This document shows, in pieces, positions 26,148 to 34,790 of a DNA stretch of 64,000 bases. This DNA is from an uncultured virus (IMG/VR IMGVR_UViG_3300000425_000001) (Duplodnaviria > Heunggongvirae > Uroviricota > Caudoviricetes). Made by a program: the position numbers and the translations under genes. The stretch lies in the IMG/VR virus record IMGVR_UViG_3300000425_000001; one strand, given 5' to 3'. Within the stretch, counting starts at the first letter, position 1; every line of letters starts with the position of its first letter. Under the pieces are notes generated by a model. It saw only the letters and a program-made list of their open reading frames with translations. It was not told the DNA's origin and did not search any database.

Positions 26148-27157
26148 TCTAAACCATTGTATATATCTAGTAGCATTTTTTTACTGAACTGCTCTGTGTC
26201 TAATTCGCTAATTTCACTTGACACAATTTGATCTACACTAGCCATGTTACTAATGTCTAGATCTGTGTTAATTTCTTCAGTCTGCCTTTGACTGATTAGT
26301 GTAATTTCTCTACAACCATAGTCTCTAATATACGTTTCTTTTATCAATCCTGCTTCTTCGAAGCTAATTGGAATATCTAGTGTAACACGTAGATGCATCT
26401 TGGGCTTGATGAGTTTACTTGCAGGGTCGAGTAATTTACTAAGTGTTGTATTTCTATATTTCGGACAATCTTCCCAGTCGATATACAGCGGCTCGCTATT
26501 GTTTTCTTTATCTAAGATCATCATTCCTCTAGCATCATCTCCTGCATCAGCATAGTTGTGAGGAAATGTATTGCCTAGATAGTGTACGTGTCCCTGTTTT
26601 TGGCGCTTATGAAAGTGACCTGAAAACACATATTCTTGATGCTTGAAATGTTCAGCTTTTAGTTCACCGTGATCAGGCATCTGTACCATAGCGTTCATAT
26701 AAAAGCTAGGAAGCTCAAAATGCCCAAACAAATATTTGCTTTTGATTTTAGACATTTTCTTCCATTCATCACCAACTAACCAAGGGACTAGTGCAACATC
26801 GTCTTGCTCCCAAATTTCGTCAATAACAGTAACACCCGGAATATGCTTTGCAAATTCAGTGCTCTTCACATCACGCTTGTCTTTGTAGTACAGATCGTGA
26901 TTGCCAGCAAACATGTAAAAATTATCAAATGCTGCACCGACTTTTTCTAGACTACGAATGCCTGCATCCATAGTAGTTAAGTTTAGACTGTTTCTGTTGT
27001 GATTCCAGTCACCACAAAAAAGTGCAGTTTCACAACCATGCTCTTTTGCAGTTTTAATATACCAATCAATAAAATCTTCACAATCTTGATTGTGCATTTT
27101 ACTATTGCTTTTAAGACCAAAATGTATGTCAGTAAATACTGCCGCTTTTTTAAACAA
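26144..27157 (-). CDS. gp47: Recombination nuclease subunit, T4 gp47/SbcD/Mre11-like
   Basis: Metallophosphoesterase motifs DIHFG, GD, GNHD, GHFE, SGHFH; TTG start with GGAG SD. Confidence 0.95.
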   Translation of the reverse strand: MFKKAAVFTDIHFGLKSNSKMHNQDCEDFIDWYIKTAKEHGCETALFCGDWNHNRNSLNLTTMDAGIRSLEKVGAAFDNFYMFAGNHDLYYKDKRDVKSTEFAKHIPGVTVIDEIWEQDDVALVPWLVGDEWKKMSKIKSKYLFGHFELPSFYMNAMVQMPDHGELKAEHFKHQEYVFSGHFHKRQKQGHVHYLGNTFPHNYADAGDDARGMMILDKENNSEPLYIDWEDCPKYRNTTLSKLLDPASKLIKPKMHLRVTLDIPISFEEAGLIKETYIRDYGCREITLISQRQTEEINTDLDISNMASVDQIVSSEISELDTEQFSKKMLLDIYNGLE

Positions 27158-27180
27158 CTATATGCTCCACTTCTCTTTAG

Positions 27181-27209
27181 AGTATAACAGGAAAATGCTA
27201 GGTTGTCAA
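27181..27209 (-). promoter_or_regulatory. Sigma70-type promoter for the gp47-gp46-hemC operon
   Basis: TTGACA (27204-27209), 17-nt spacer, TATACT (27181-27186). Confidence 0.85.
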
Positions 27210-27210
27210 A

Positions 27211-28056
27211 CTATTTCTTTTTAGTGTATGCTGTAGGATCTGCTTCTTCGTTTCGTCTAATCGAAGCTTCCCATTCGCCTTCATGCAGTCTAGTATGACT
27301 TGGTTTGAGATCGTTCATCTCTAAAATGTCATCTCGAATGTTTTGATTGCGTTTTTCTAGATTAATAACACGAACAAAGCTATTAGTAACAGCAGCGGTA
27401 TAATAAGCAAAGGGGTTATTGGATTTGGATTCATCAAATTGTAGTCCTATTTGTGATAATTGAAGGATTGCTTGTCCTTTCATTTCGTCATTGTATGTAT
27501 ATCCGCGAACATTGCCGCGAGTAGCATAACGATCTACAAGCTTCATCCACATCATGGCAAGATTGTTAGTTGCTTTACCGTGTGTTTTTGAAAAATTACC
27601 GTTTTCCATGCCACCTTCCCAGTGTGATTTTCCTACACATATTAATTCTCCGTCGTCGTTGAATTTATAGTGCACAAATGGAGGAAAATTTAATTTTGTT
27701 TTAGTATCTGCTATTGTTTTTGGATTCTTTTTCCGGCCGGGCTCTTCTGGAACATGATCAAAGGTCATTACACGAAAAATTAGTTCTTCTTTGGTAATTT
27801 TTCGATAATCAACTTCACAGTCTGCTTGTTTGACCTTTTCACCTGCTGTCTTGCGAGCTTCATAATCTTCAGTTGATAGTTTTTTTGCTTTATTTCTTTT
27901 TGCTTCAGCAATAGTTCGTATATTAATTGCATCGACACTTAGTAAAATTATATCAAAATCTGCATACTCAGGTGCTACATAACTGTTAAATGTGTTTTTA
28001 GATCTGTGTATTTCTAATAATAAGTCTTTGTTGTTTAAATAATTTCTTTTGCGCAT
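27211..28056 (-). CDS. gp55: Late-transcription sigma factor, T4 gp55-like, 281 aa
   Basis: NYLNNKDLL, GYTYNDEM and FDESKSNNPFAYYT motifs; synteny with gp47/gp46. Confidence 0.88.
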   Translation of the reverse strand: MRKRNYLNNKDLLLEIHRSKNTFNSYVAPEYADFDIILLSVDAINIRTIAEAKRNKAKKLSTEDYEARKTAGEKVKQADCEVDYRKITKEELIFRVMTFDHVPEEPGRKKNPKTIADTKTKLNFPPFVHYKFNDDGELICVGKSHWEGGMENGNFSKTHGKATNNLAMMWMKLVDRYATRGNVRGYTYNDEMKGQAILQLSQIGLQFDESKSNNPFAYYTAAVTNSFVRVINLEKRNQNIRDDILEMNDLKPSHTRLHEGEWEASIRRNEEADPTAYTKKK

Positions 28057-28076
28057 TTGTTTTCCTTGTTAAAACT

Positions 28077-28105
28077 ATTATAATATACTCTGATAATTAT
28101 GTCAA
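28077..28105 (-). promoter_or_regulatory. Consensus sigma70 promoter for gp55
   Basis: TTGACA (28100-28105), 17-nt spacer, TATAAT (28077-28082). Confidence 0.9.
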
Positions 28106-28106
28106 C

Positions 28107-28112
28107 TAAATA
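28107..28112 (+). promoter_or_regulatory. Late promoter TAAATA for the baseplate operon
   Basis: TAAATA followed by AAGGA SD and the ATG at 28132. Confidence 0.7.
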
Positions 28113-28131
28113 GTTATAACAAGGAAAACTC

Positions 28132-28878
28132 ATGAGTACAAACGAAAACACCGGACAACAAAACGCAAACGCCTCGGTAAGCGAATTTGATGCCAGTCAA
28201 AAAAGACGTGGTGACCTACCTATAGATGCTCAAGCTGTAAGAAGACAAACTGCTGTTGTACAAGGACCAGTTGATGATACACCACATGACTGGAGAGTAA
28301 GCCTAGAAGTTCCGACACTTCTTTTAAGAGACAGTGAAATTTTATCACCGTTGAGTCTAAGTAATAATAGGATGGTGTTTCCATTTACTCCTACTATTAT
28401 ACTAGGGCATAGTGCAAATTATTCTCAAATTAGCCCGACACATTCTAACTATCCGTTTTATGCTTACCAAAACAGTCAAGTTGATACAATAACAATCAAC
28501 GGTGATTTTTTTACTGAAAATGAAGAGGATGCAAAATACTGGTTAGCCTGTATACATTTTTTAAGAACAATGACTAAAATGTTCTACGGCGACGAAGGCA
28601 GTAACAGCGGCAAACCGCCACTGATGTCTAGACTAAACGGATATGGTAGTTATGTCATGAACAATGTACCTATACTAATTACTAGTTTTACAACAGACCT
28701 ACCTGCAGATGTAGATTATATACCATGTACAATCAACAACAAAGAAAATTATGTTCCTGCGCAGTCGACTATCACAGTTCAAGTAGCACCAAACTACGCA
28801 AGACGTTCTGTTGCAGGATTTAATCTACAGGATTATGCTAACGGCACTCTTGTTGGTAAACAAGAAGGATTTATCTAA
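28132..28878 (+). CDS. Baseplate/tail-tube-initiator-like protein, 248 aa
   Basis: DWRVSL, VFPFTPTI, PTHSNY and NVPILITSF motifs; first gene of the baseplate operon. Confidence 0.6.
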   Translation: MSTNENTGQQNANASVSEFDASQKRRGDLPIDAQAVRRQTAVVQGPVDDTPHDWRVSLEVPTLLLRDSEILSPLSLSNNRMVFPFTPTIILGHSANYSQISPTHSNYPFYAYQNSQVDTITINGDFFTENEEDAKYWLACIHFLRTMTKMFYGDEGSNSGKPPLMSRLNGYGSYVMNNVPILITSFTTDLPADVDYIPCTINNKENYVPAQSTITVQVAPNYARRSVAGFNLQDYANGTLVGKQEGFI

Positions 28879-29171
28879 TGTCAGCATTTAGTTTTTACAA
28901 TAATACAGACGTTACTGCATCGGGTTATTTGGATATTCTAACACCAAGGCCTGTTCCTGTGTCTCCTACAGATATACTGTATGAAATTACAAATGTATAC
29001 ACCTACAGACCAGATTTACTTGCATATGACTTATATGGATCTAAAGACCTTTGGTGGGTTTTTGCACAAAGAAATCTAGATATCTTAAAGGATCCTGTGT
29101 TTGACTTTGTAGCAGGTACAAAGATTTATCTTCCGCAGGGAAATAATCTAAAACAAAGCCTAGGAGTTTAA
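28878..29171 (+). CDS. Baseplate wedge protein, gp53/LysM-like
   Basis: RPDLLAYDLYGSKDLWWVFAQRN motif. Confidence 0.8.
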   Translation: MSAFSFYNNTDVTASGYLDILTPRPVPVSPTDILYEITNVYTYRPDLLAYDLYGSKDLWWVFAQRNLDILKDPVFDFVAGTKIYLPQGNNLKQSLGV

Positions 29172-32100
29172 ATGGCAATAAATTTATTAAACCTAGCAGT
29201 AAATGCAACAGCAGTATCAAACAAAATGCCATCGACTGTTACTAAAGCAATCGGCTCGGGTATTTTTAAAAAAGCACTATCATCCGGATTAACAAGTGAC
29301 CCGGGTGCAAACTTAAACCTCGACCTAGGCAAGCTAACCGATGATAATTCTAAATTTTTAGCAACAATGGTTACTGCAACTGATCCTAATATTAATGCTG
29401 TACAGGCTCTAGTCGATTCTGCTAAAGCATCTATTAATCCTAAACTTGCTAATGCTGTATCTGGATTCGATGCAACGTCTGTTGTATCAAGCATGGGGTT
29501 GTCTGCACTACAAGGAAAACTACCAAGTCTAAATGATGTAATAGGATCACAATTTGGTAATTTAGGCATAGACCAAGTTGCAAAAAGAGTTGGATATGCA
29601 ACCAATGTTGCACTACCCGGATTACCTACTTCTATTAGTAATATTACTAGCCCGTTATCAAATGTTCTTAATTCTGTGGGTGCAGCTTCTCCTCTAATGA
29701 ATACTGTAAGTTCTTTTAATACACTAAAAAATGCTAATTCGCCTATAGGAAAGATAAATGCAGGTCTTAATTTAGTTAATTCAGCAAAGCAATTAAGCAA
29801 ATCTAATCCACAGGATATTGTAAAAGGTCTTGCTTCTAATGCAATATCTAATGCAATTGGAAACAAACTTAACGTATTGAATAATGTCGGTGGTCTTCTT
29901 GGCAATGTTACCAGCCTTGGAAAAAGCCTTAGCGACTTTTCGGGATCACAAAATATTAAACTATTTGATCCTTCAGATTGGATAAATCCTGACATTGAAT
30001 CACTGGCTACACAAGCTTTTGCTGATATTGAAAATCTAGCAAATGATTTAACTTCAAATTTTAACATATTTGATTCAGTATTAACAAGTCAAAACATACC
30101 TAAAAAAGTAGGATCAGACGGATCTAGAAAATTAGGTAATGTATTAAGAGAATACAACACATACAATTATATACTTACATTGGGAATTTTATCACCCAAC
30201 GAATTAAACTTTCCAGAATCATATGTTAAAAATGGCATGAAGCACATTATTTGTAAGTCTGCAGGCGGAACCGGTAGCAATCCAGGAGTCAAGCGTCAAC
30301 GTACTGCATCTGAAGATGCGTTAGGTGCTGATTTAGAATATTTTATTGATAATCTAAGCATTGATTCTGTAGTTAATGCTAATCCGAACACTGGCGTTAC
30401 ACTTGGCACTAGTATTTCTTTTGATATAATTGAACCATACAGCATGGGACAATTTTTAGAAGTTATTAGAGAAAGTGCAGCTGAGCTTGGTTTTGGTAAT
30501 TTTCAAAATCTACCATTTTGTGTAAAGATTGAATTTACTGGATATGATGCATTTGGAAAACCTACACAATCAGTAGCAGCTCCGAGTTATCTTCCTATTA
30601 AAATTAATAACATTGATTTTGAAATCGACGGCGAAGGAAGTAGATACTCGGTAAGTGCAGTTATATATACTGAACTTGCATTTGAAGACAGTGTTGATAT
30701 AATTATGTCTGACGTATCTGCTTCTGGAAAGCGGGTGCACGAAGTATTAGAAACAGGCGAAAACAGTATTACAACATCAGTAAATGCACTGTTTGAACGT
30801 GCTGAAAATAATAATTTAATATCCGGTTATGACAGATATGTAATACTTTTCCCTAAAGATTCAGCTGATGTATCGGAAGCGCTAAAAGGTATAAGCGTAA
30901 CATCTAGCGAACTGCAAACATTTAATGAAGAAGAAAGTCAACGACGTGAATCTGTAAGCTATGACCCGCGAGACGAAACACAAGGTATAACAGTAAATCG
31001 TTCTGCTTCAAATGCAACAAAGTATTATAGAAATTTAAAAATCTGGGGAAGTAGACCAGAAAATATTAATGCTATTGGTCTAAGTCTAGTTGTAGATGAT
31101 GTTGCTAGACAAAAAAACATAATGAACAAAGCACAACGCTATGAATTAGCAAATGATGGTCCGGGACAAGTTGAAGAAGTTGTACTGCCTGAGGTTGGCA
31201 ATGTTCTCGGCTACCAGTACAAACAAAATTATCGCATATCAAAAATAATAGAAGATGTCTGTGCAGATTCTGAATATGTACAGGATGCAATAAACAGTTC
31301 TCCAGCAGGCGGACTAAAAAGCTATTATAAAATAGAACAGATGGTTTTTATTGAGGATGAAGCAGGAGTAAATCCTGATCTAGGTCGTCCTAGAATGACA
31401 TATGTGTACTGTATTGTTCCTAGCTTTATATGTGAATCTAAAGTAATGGCATCAAAAGAAGCACCAACTGCTATAGCAGAAAGAAAATCGGCAGCTGATA
31501 AAGAATACAATTACATATATTCAGGTAAAAATGAAGATGTATTAGACTTTAATATTAATTTTGATAATGCATTTCGTGAACTAGTGTTAGCTGACTTTAG
31601 CAAAGGCGCAGTGTCCGGCGGCGAAAGCGGAGAAAATATTTCTAGAACAGAAGACCAAGCATATTCTGCTGGTAATTCAGCTGTAAAAGATGAAGCTGTA
31701 GGAACTACAGTACTAGGCACACAAAATCAATACGAATTCTATAACGGTGCACAAAAAACATCAGACCCTGAATCACTAGCAAAGCGCAACAGAGCAGAGC
31801 AATTTCATTCTAGATTGATTAATTCTCCGCTAAACATGATCACAGCTGACCTATCAATTTGGGGCGATCCTTATTATCTACCAACTGACGCAGGAAATAG
31901 TAGACAAAAACTAGTAGGTAGAACAATGACCTCGGACGGAAGAGCTGATACAAGATTAAACGAATTAAGTATTGTAATTAATTTTAAAACACCACTGGAT
32001 TATCCTCAACTAAACGGATCGTTCTTAATGGGCATGCCAGAACTAGTTAAGCCGTTTAGCGGATTGTACAATTGTTGGGGTATAACACATACATTTAACA

Positions 32101-32228
32101 AAGGTCAATTTACGCAAAATCTTTCTTTACAACGTATTTCTAATCAAACCAATACGCCAACAGGAACCGGTATTATAAATGGAACTAGTGCTAGATTTAT
32201 AGGTGACAGATTAGTAGGTGGACTATAA
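29172..32228 (+). CDS. Baseplate hub-like protein, 1018 aa, with a low-complexity N-terminal third
   Basis: IIEPYSMGQF, KEYNYIYSGKNEDVLDF, IWGDP and SGLY..ITHTFNKGQFTQNL hub-type motifs. Confidence 0.65.
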   Translation: MAINLLNLAVNATAVSNKMPSTVTKAIGSGIFKKALSSGLTSDPGANLNLDLGKLTDDNSKFLATMVTATDPNINAVQALVDSAKASINPKLANAVSGFDATSVVSSMGLSALQGKLPSLNDVIGSQFGNLGIDQVAKRVGYATNVALPGLPTSISNITSPLSNVLNSVGAASPLMNTVSSFNTLKNANSPIGKINAGLNLVNSAKQLSKSNPQDIVKGLASNAISNAIGNKLNVLNNVGGLLGNVTSLGKSLSDFSGSQNIKLFDPSDWINPDIESLATQAFADIENLANDLTSNFNIFDSVLTSQNIPKKVGSDGSRKLGNVLREYNTYNYILTLGILSPNELNFPESYVKNGMKHIICKSAGGTGSNPGVKRQRTASEDALGADLEYFIDNLSIDSVVNANPNTGVTLGTSISFDIIEPYSMGQFLEVIRESAAELGFGNFQNLPFCVKIEFTGYDAFGKPTQSVAAPSYLPIKINNIDFEIDGEGSRYSVSAVIYTELAFEDSVDIIMSDVSASGKRVHEVLETGENSITTSVNALFERAENNNLISGYDRYVILFPKDSADVSEALKGISVTSSELQTFNEEESQRRESVSYDPRDETQGITVNRSASNATKYYRNLKIWGSRPENINAIGLSLVVDDVARQKNIMNKAQRYELANDGPGQVEEVVLPEVGNVLGYQYKQNYRISKIIEDVCADSEYVQDAINSSPAGGLKSYYKIEQMVFIEDEAGVNPDLGRPRMTYVYCIVPSFICESKVMASKEAPTAIAERKSAADKEYNYIYSGKNEDVLDFNINFDNAFRELVLADFSKGAVSGGESGENISRTEDQAYSAGNSAVKDEAVGTTVLGTQNQYEFYNGAQKTSDPESLAKRNRAEQFHSRLINSPLNMITADLSIWGDPYYLPTDAGNSRQKLVGRTMTSDGRADTRLNELSIVINFKTPLDYPQLNGSFLMGMPELVKPFSGLYNCWGITHTFNKGQFTQNLSLQRISNQTNTPTGTGIINGTSARFIGDRLVGGL

Positions 32229-34771
32229 TGAGTGATACAATTATTATAGCAATCGGAACTGCTGACATTGACGATACTTCTAAAACAGCAGAAAATGTTA
32301 CAGGAATTGTTGAAAATGCAAAAACAAAAGGATATACAAATATAATCATTGTTCCACCGAACCCTGATCCAGAAATTGGATTTCCTGACCTACATAATCT
32401 AGTTAAAAATGCAGCAACATCCGCCGGCGCAACTGCATATCCAGTAGACGGTCTTTATCACGGTAAAGAACAGCCTGAATTATTAACAAAAGAAAATGCT
32501 GCTAAAATAAAAAATGCATACCCTGGAGCAGTAATTGTAGGAGATTCAAATGCCGCAAGAATTAATTCTTTTAATGCGTCTAGCACAATTAAAAAAGAAG
32601 GAACCACAACTGATATATTAGATATTACAACCAGTGAAAATCTAGGTGAAGCTATTGAGGAAGATCCTCTAAGCTTGGATGCATTTGTTCTTGACTCGAT
32701 TGACAGAGCATTACTTGATCATATAGCAGAAGGCGAATCCGGAAGATTGGGCTATTTTGCACATTATTCAAACAGTTCGAATCCATCATTAACTACTAAA
32801 ACTCTACGACAAGTACAAATGTTTCAAGCACGATTACTAAAAGATAATGGCGGTACCAGTTGTGCAGTAGGCAGATATCAGTTTATTAAAGCCCCCCTTG
32901 CTGAAACAATTAGATCTTTAAAATTAGATATCGATCTTACTCGATACAGCCCTGAAATACAAGATGTAATTTGCATTAAAAGACTATACAATCTAAGACA
33001 ATATAAAAAATGGAAGCTAGGAAAGATTACTGATATTGACTTTATGATAAATTTATGTAAAGAGTTTGCAAGTATTCCTCTTCCAGTTCCGGTTAACGGT
33101 AAAGCAAAAGGTGAAAGTTATTACTCCGGAGTATTAGATAATTCCGCTCACGGAAAACCAGATGAATTTTTACAAGGCTTAAAGGACTGTAAAAAAGGCG
33201 GCAATGGAAAAACCACTAGAGTAGATGCTACAACAAATAGCAATAACACAGCAAATCCTTCTGTCGGCGTATCAGATAAAAGAGCAACAGAACACGCAGT
33301 TAGTGCAGGACAAGTAACATCCGGCGGCAAGCGTGTAAACTCGTATCCGTCTACTCCTTCAGAATTGCCAGCAGTTGGTGATGTTTACAAATATGAATTA
33401 ATAGATCCGCAAGATGATAGATATGATTTTAGACTAGGTAAAAAAATACGAGACGTAGCACATCTCGGTGAAAAAGCTATAAAAGATATGCCTGATTATG
33501 CACCACCGGGCGACAATTCGGGTGTTGTAGACGACAGCTTAGATCCGTTCGGCGGCGCAGGCCCAACAATACCTAATCCATTAGATGCATTTGGCGGAGC
33601 AGGCCCAACAATACCTAATCCATTAGATGCATTTGGCGGAGCAGGCCCAACAGTTTTAGATTCGCTAGGTGATGCTATTAATATAGATCCACTTGAAAAA
33701 TTAGAAAATGTAAAGCAGATTAAAGATCAGCTAGGTAAAGTAGGAATTTCAGATATATCAGCAGTATCAAATATTGCCGGTATGTGTGAAAATGTATCTG
33801 GGCTTGCAACTGATTATGTAAAATCATATGCAAATATTGCTAATAGTTCTATAAGAAATATTTTTGGCAATGCAGTATCGAATTTTTCAGATGCACAGTT
33901 AGGTGACCTAAAGTCATCTCCGACTAAGTTTTTTGATGAGATATTAAAAAATGATGGAGGTAGTAAATTTTCACCAGCTGGATTTTTAGGAATTGCAGGC
34001 AAGGCGAATTTCCAAGCAATTGCAGACTCAACTGGGCTAGACATTGTTAACAATGTTAATTTATTAAAAGACCCAATTACCTCAGCTAGAACCGCCGCAG
34101 AGTTTTTTAAAAATAAAGCATCTAAAGTTGATCTATCAAGTGCACGAAATGTATTTGTACAAGCAACCGGTGTTGATCCTTTCCTAGAAACTGATCCTAA
34201 CAAAAGATACGAGTTTATGAATCAATTTAGAGATGTTGAAAATAAATCATCAGTCTGGAAAAATATATTAACACCATCTTTAACTGCTGATGCTTCGCCT
34301 GTTATAGCTGCACAGTCTGACAGTCTAGAAGGAATATCAGATAAACCTCTGCCACAAACACGCACATCTGGCACTGCTAGTCAACGCAGTAGTATTTCTC
34401 GAGAAGAAAAAGAACTAGAAAACATAACCGACAGGCAAGAACTCCTAGATATTGTAAATAACTCACACACTGCAAGAGATGGTAGAATTTATGATCAAGA
34501 TAATGTTGATGTAGGCGAAGCCCCAGAAGATAGTAAAATTAAAGTTGATTATCAAGGAGAAGTTGAGTATGATGATCCTAGAAAAAGATTTGCAAATGAC
34601 GGCACAGGCCGTGTTGAGGATGTAATTGAAAAGCTTACAGCACCTACAAGATTTTTTAGAAATACAGATGCTGCTGTTAGACAGATTGACAGATATAAAC
34701 TCGATATCACTCAATTTGCAATTGTAGAAACGCCCAACGGCAGAGCGCAAGTAAGACTATTACGATACTAA
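32228..34771 (+). CDS. Multidomain virion-associated muralytic protein, 847 aa
   Basis: Lysozyme-like LLDHIAEGES..AVGRYQFI..EFASIP segment, GH19-like segment and SGNH-like N-terminus. Confidence 0.65.
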   Translation: MSDTIIIAIGTADIDDTSKTAENVTGIVENAKTKGYTNIIIVPPNPDPEIGFPDLHNLVKNAATSAGATAYPVDGLYHGKEQPELLTKENAAKIKNAYPGAVIVGDSNAARINSFNASSTIKKEGTTTDILDITTSENLGEAIEEDPLSLDAFVLDSIDRALLDHIAEGESGRLGYFAHYSNSSNPSLTTKTLRQVQMFQARLLKDNGGTSCAVGRYQFIKAPLAETIRSLKLDIDLTRYSPEIQDVICIKRLYNLRQYKKWKLGKITDIDFMINLCKEFASIPLPVPVNGKAKGESYYSGVLDNSAHGKPDEFLQGLKDCKKGGNGKTTRVDATTNSNNTANPSVGVSDKRATEHAVSAGQVTSGGKRVNSYPSTPSELPAVGDVYKYELIDPQDDRYDFRLGKKIRDVAHLGEKAIKDMPDYAPPGDNSGVVDDSLDPFGGAGPTIPNPLDAFGGAGPTIPNPLDAFGGAGPTVLDSLGDAINIDPLEKLENVKQIKDQLGKVGISDISAVSNIAGMCENVSGLATDYVKSYANIANSSIRNIFGNAVSNFSDAQLGDLKSSPTKFFDEILKNDGGSKFSPAGFLGIAGKANFQAIADSTGLDIVNNVNLLKDPITSARTAAEFFKNKASKVDLSSARNVFVQATGVDPFLETDPNKRYEFMNQFRDVENKSSVWKNILTPSLTADASPVIAAQSDSLEGISDKPLPQTRTSGTASQRSSISREEKELENITDRQELLDIVNNSHTARDGRIYDQDNVDVGEAPEDSKIKVDYQGEVEYDDPRKRFANDGTGRVEDVIEKLTAPTRFFRNTDAAVRQIDRYKLDITQFAIVETPNGRAQVRLLRY
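33539..33652 (+). repeat. 42-bp tandem repeat, ~2.7 copies, encoding LD(P/A)FGGAGPTIPNP
   Basis: Units start at 33539, 33581 and 33623; units 2 and 3 are identical over their shared length. Confidence 0.95.
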
Positions 34772-34790
34772 TAACTAAGGACAGACTTTA

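Noticed and set aside
29168..30067. 299-aa minus-strand ORF
   Set aside because: Antisense shadow of the low-complexity hub N-terminus, with no SD or promoter
33539..33652. CRISPR-like repeat
   Set aside because: No spacers; it is an in-frame coding tandem repeat
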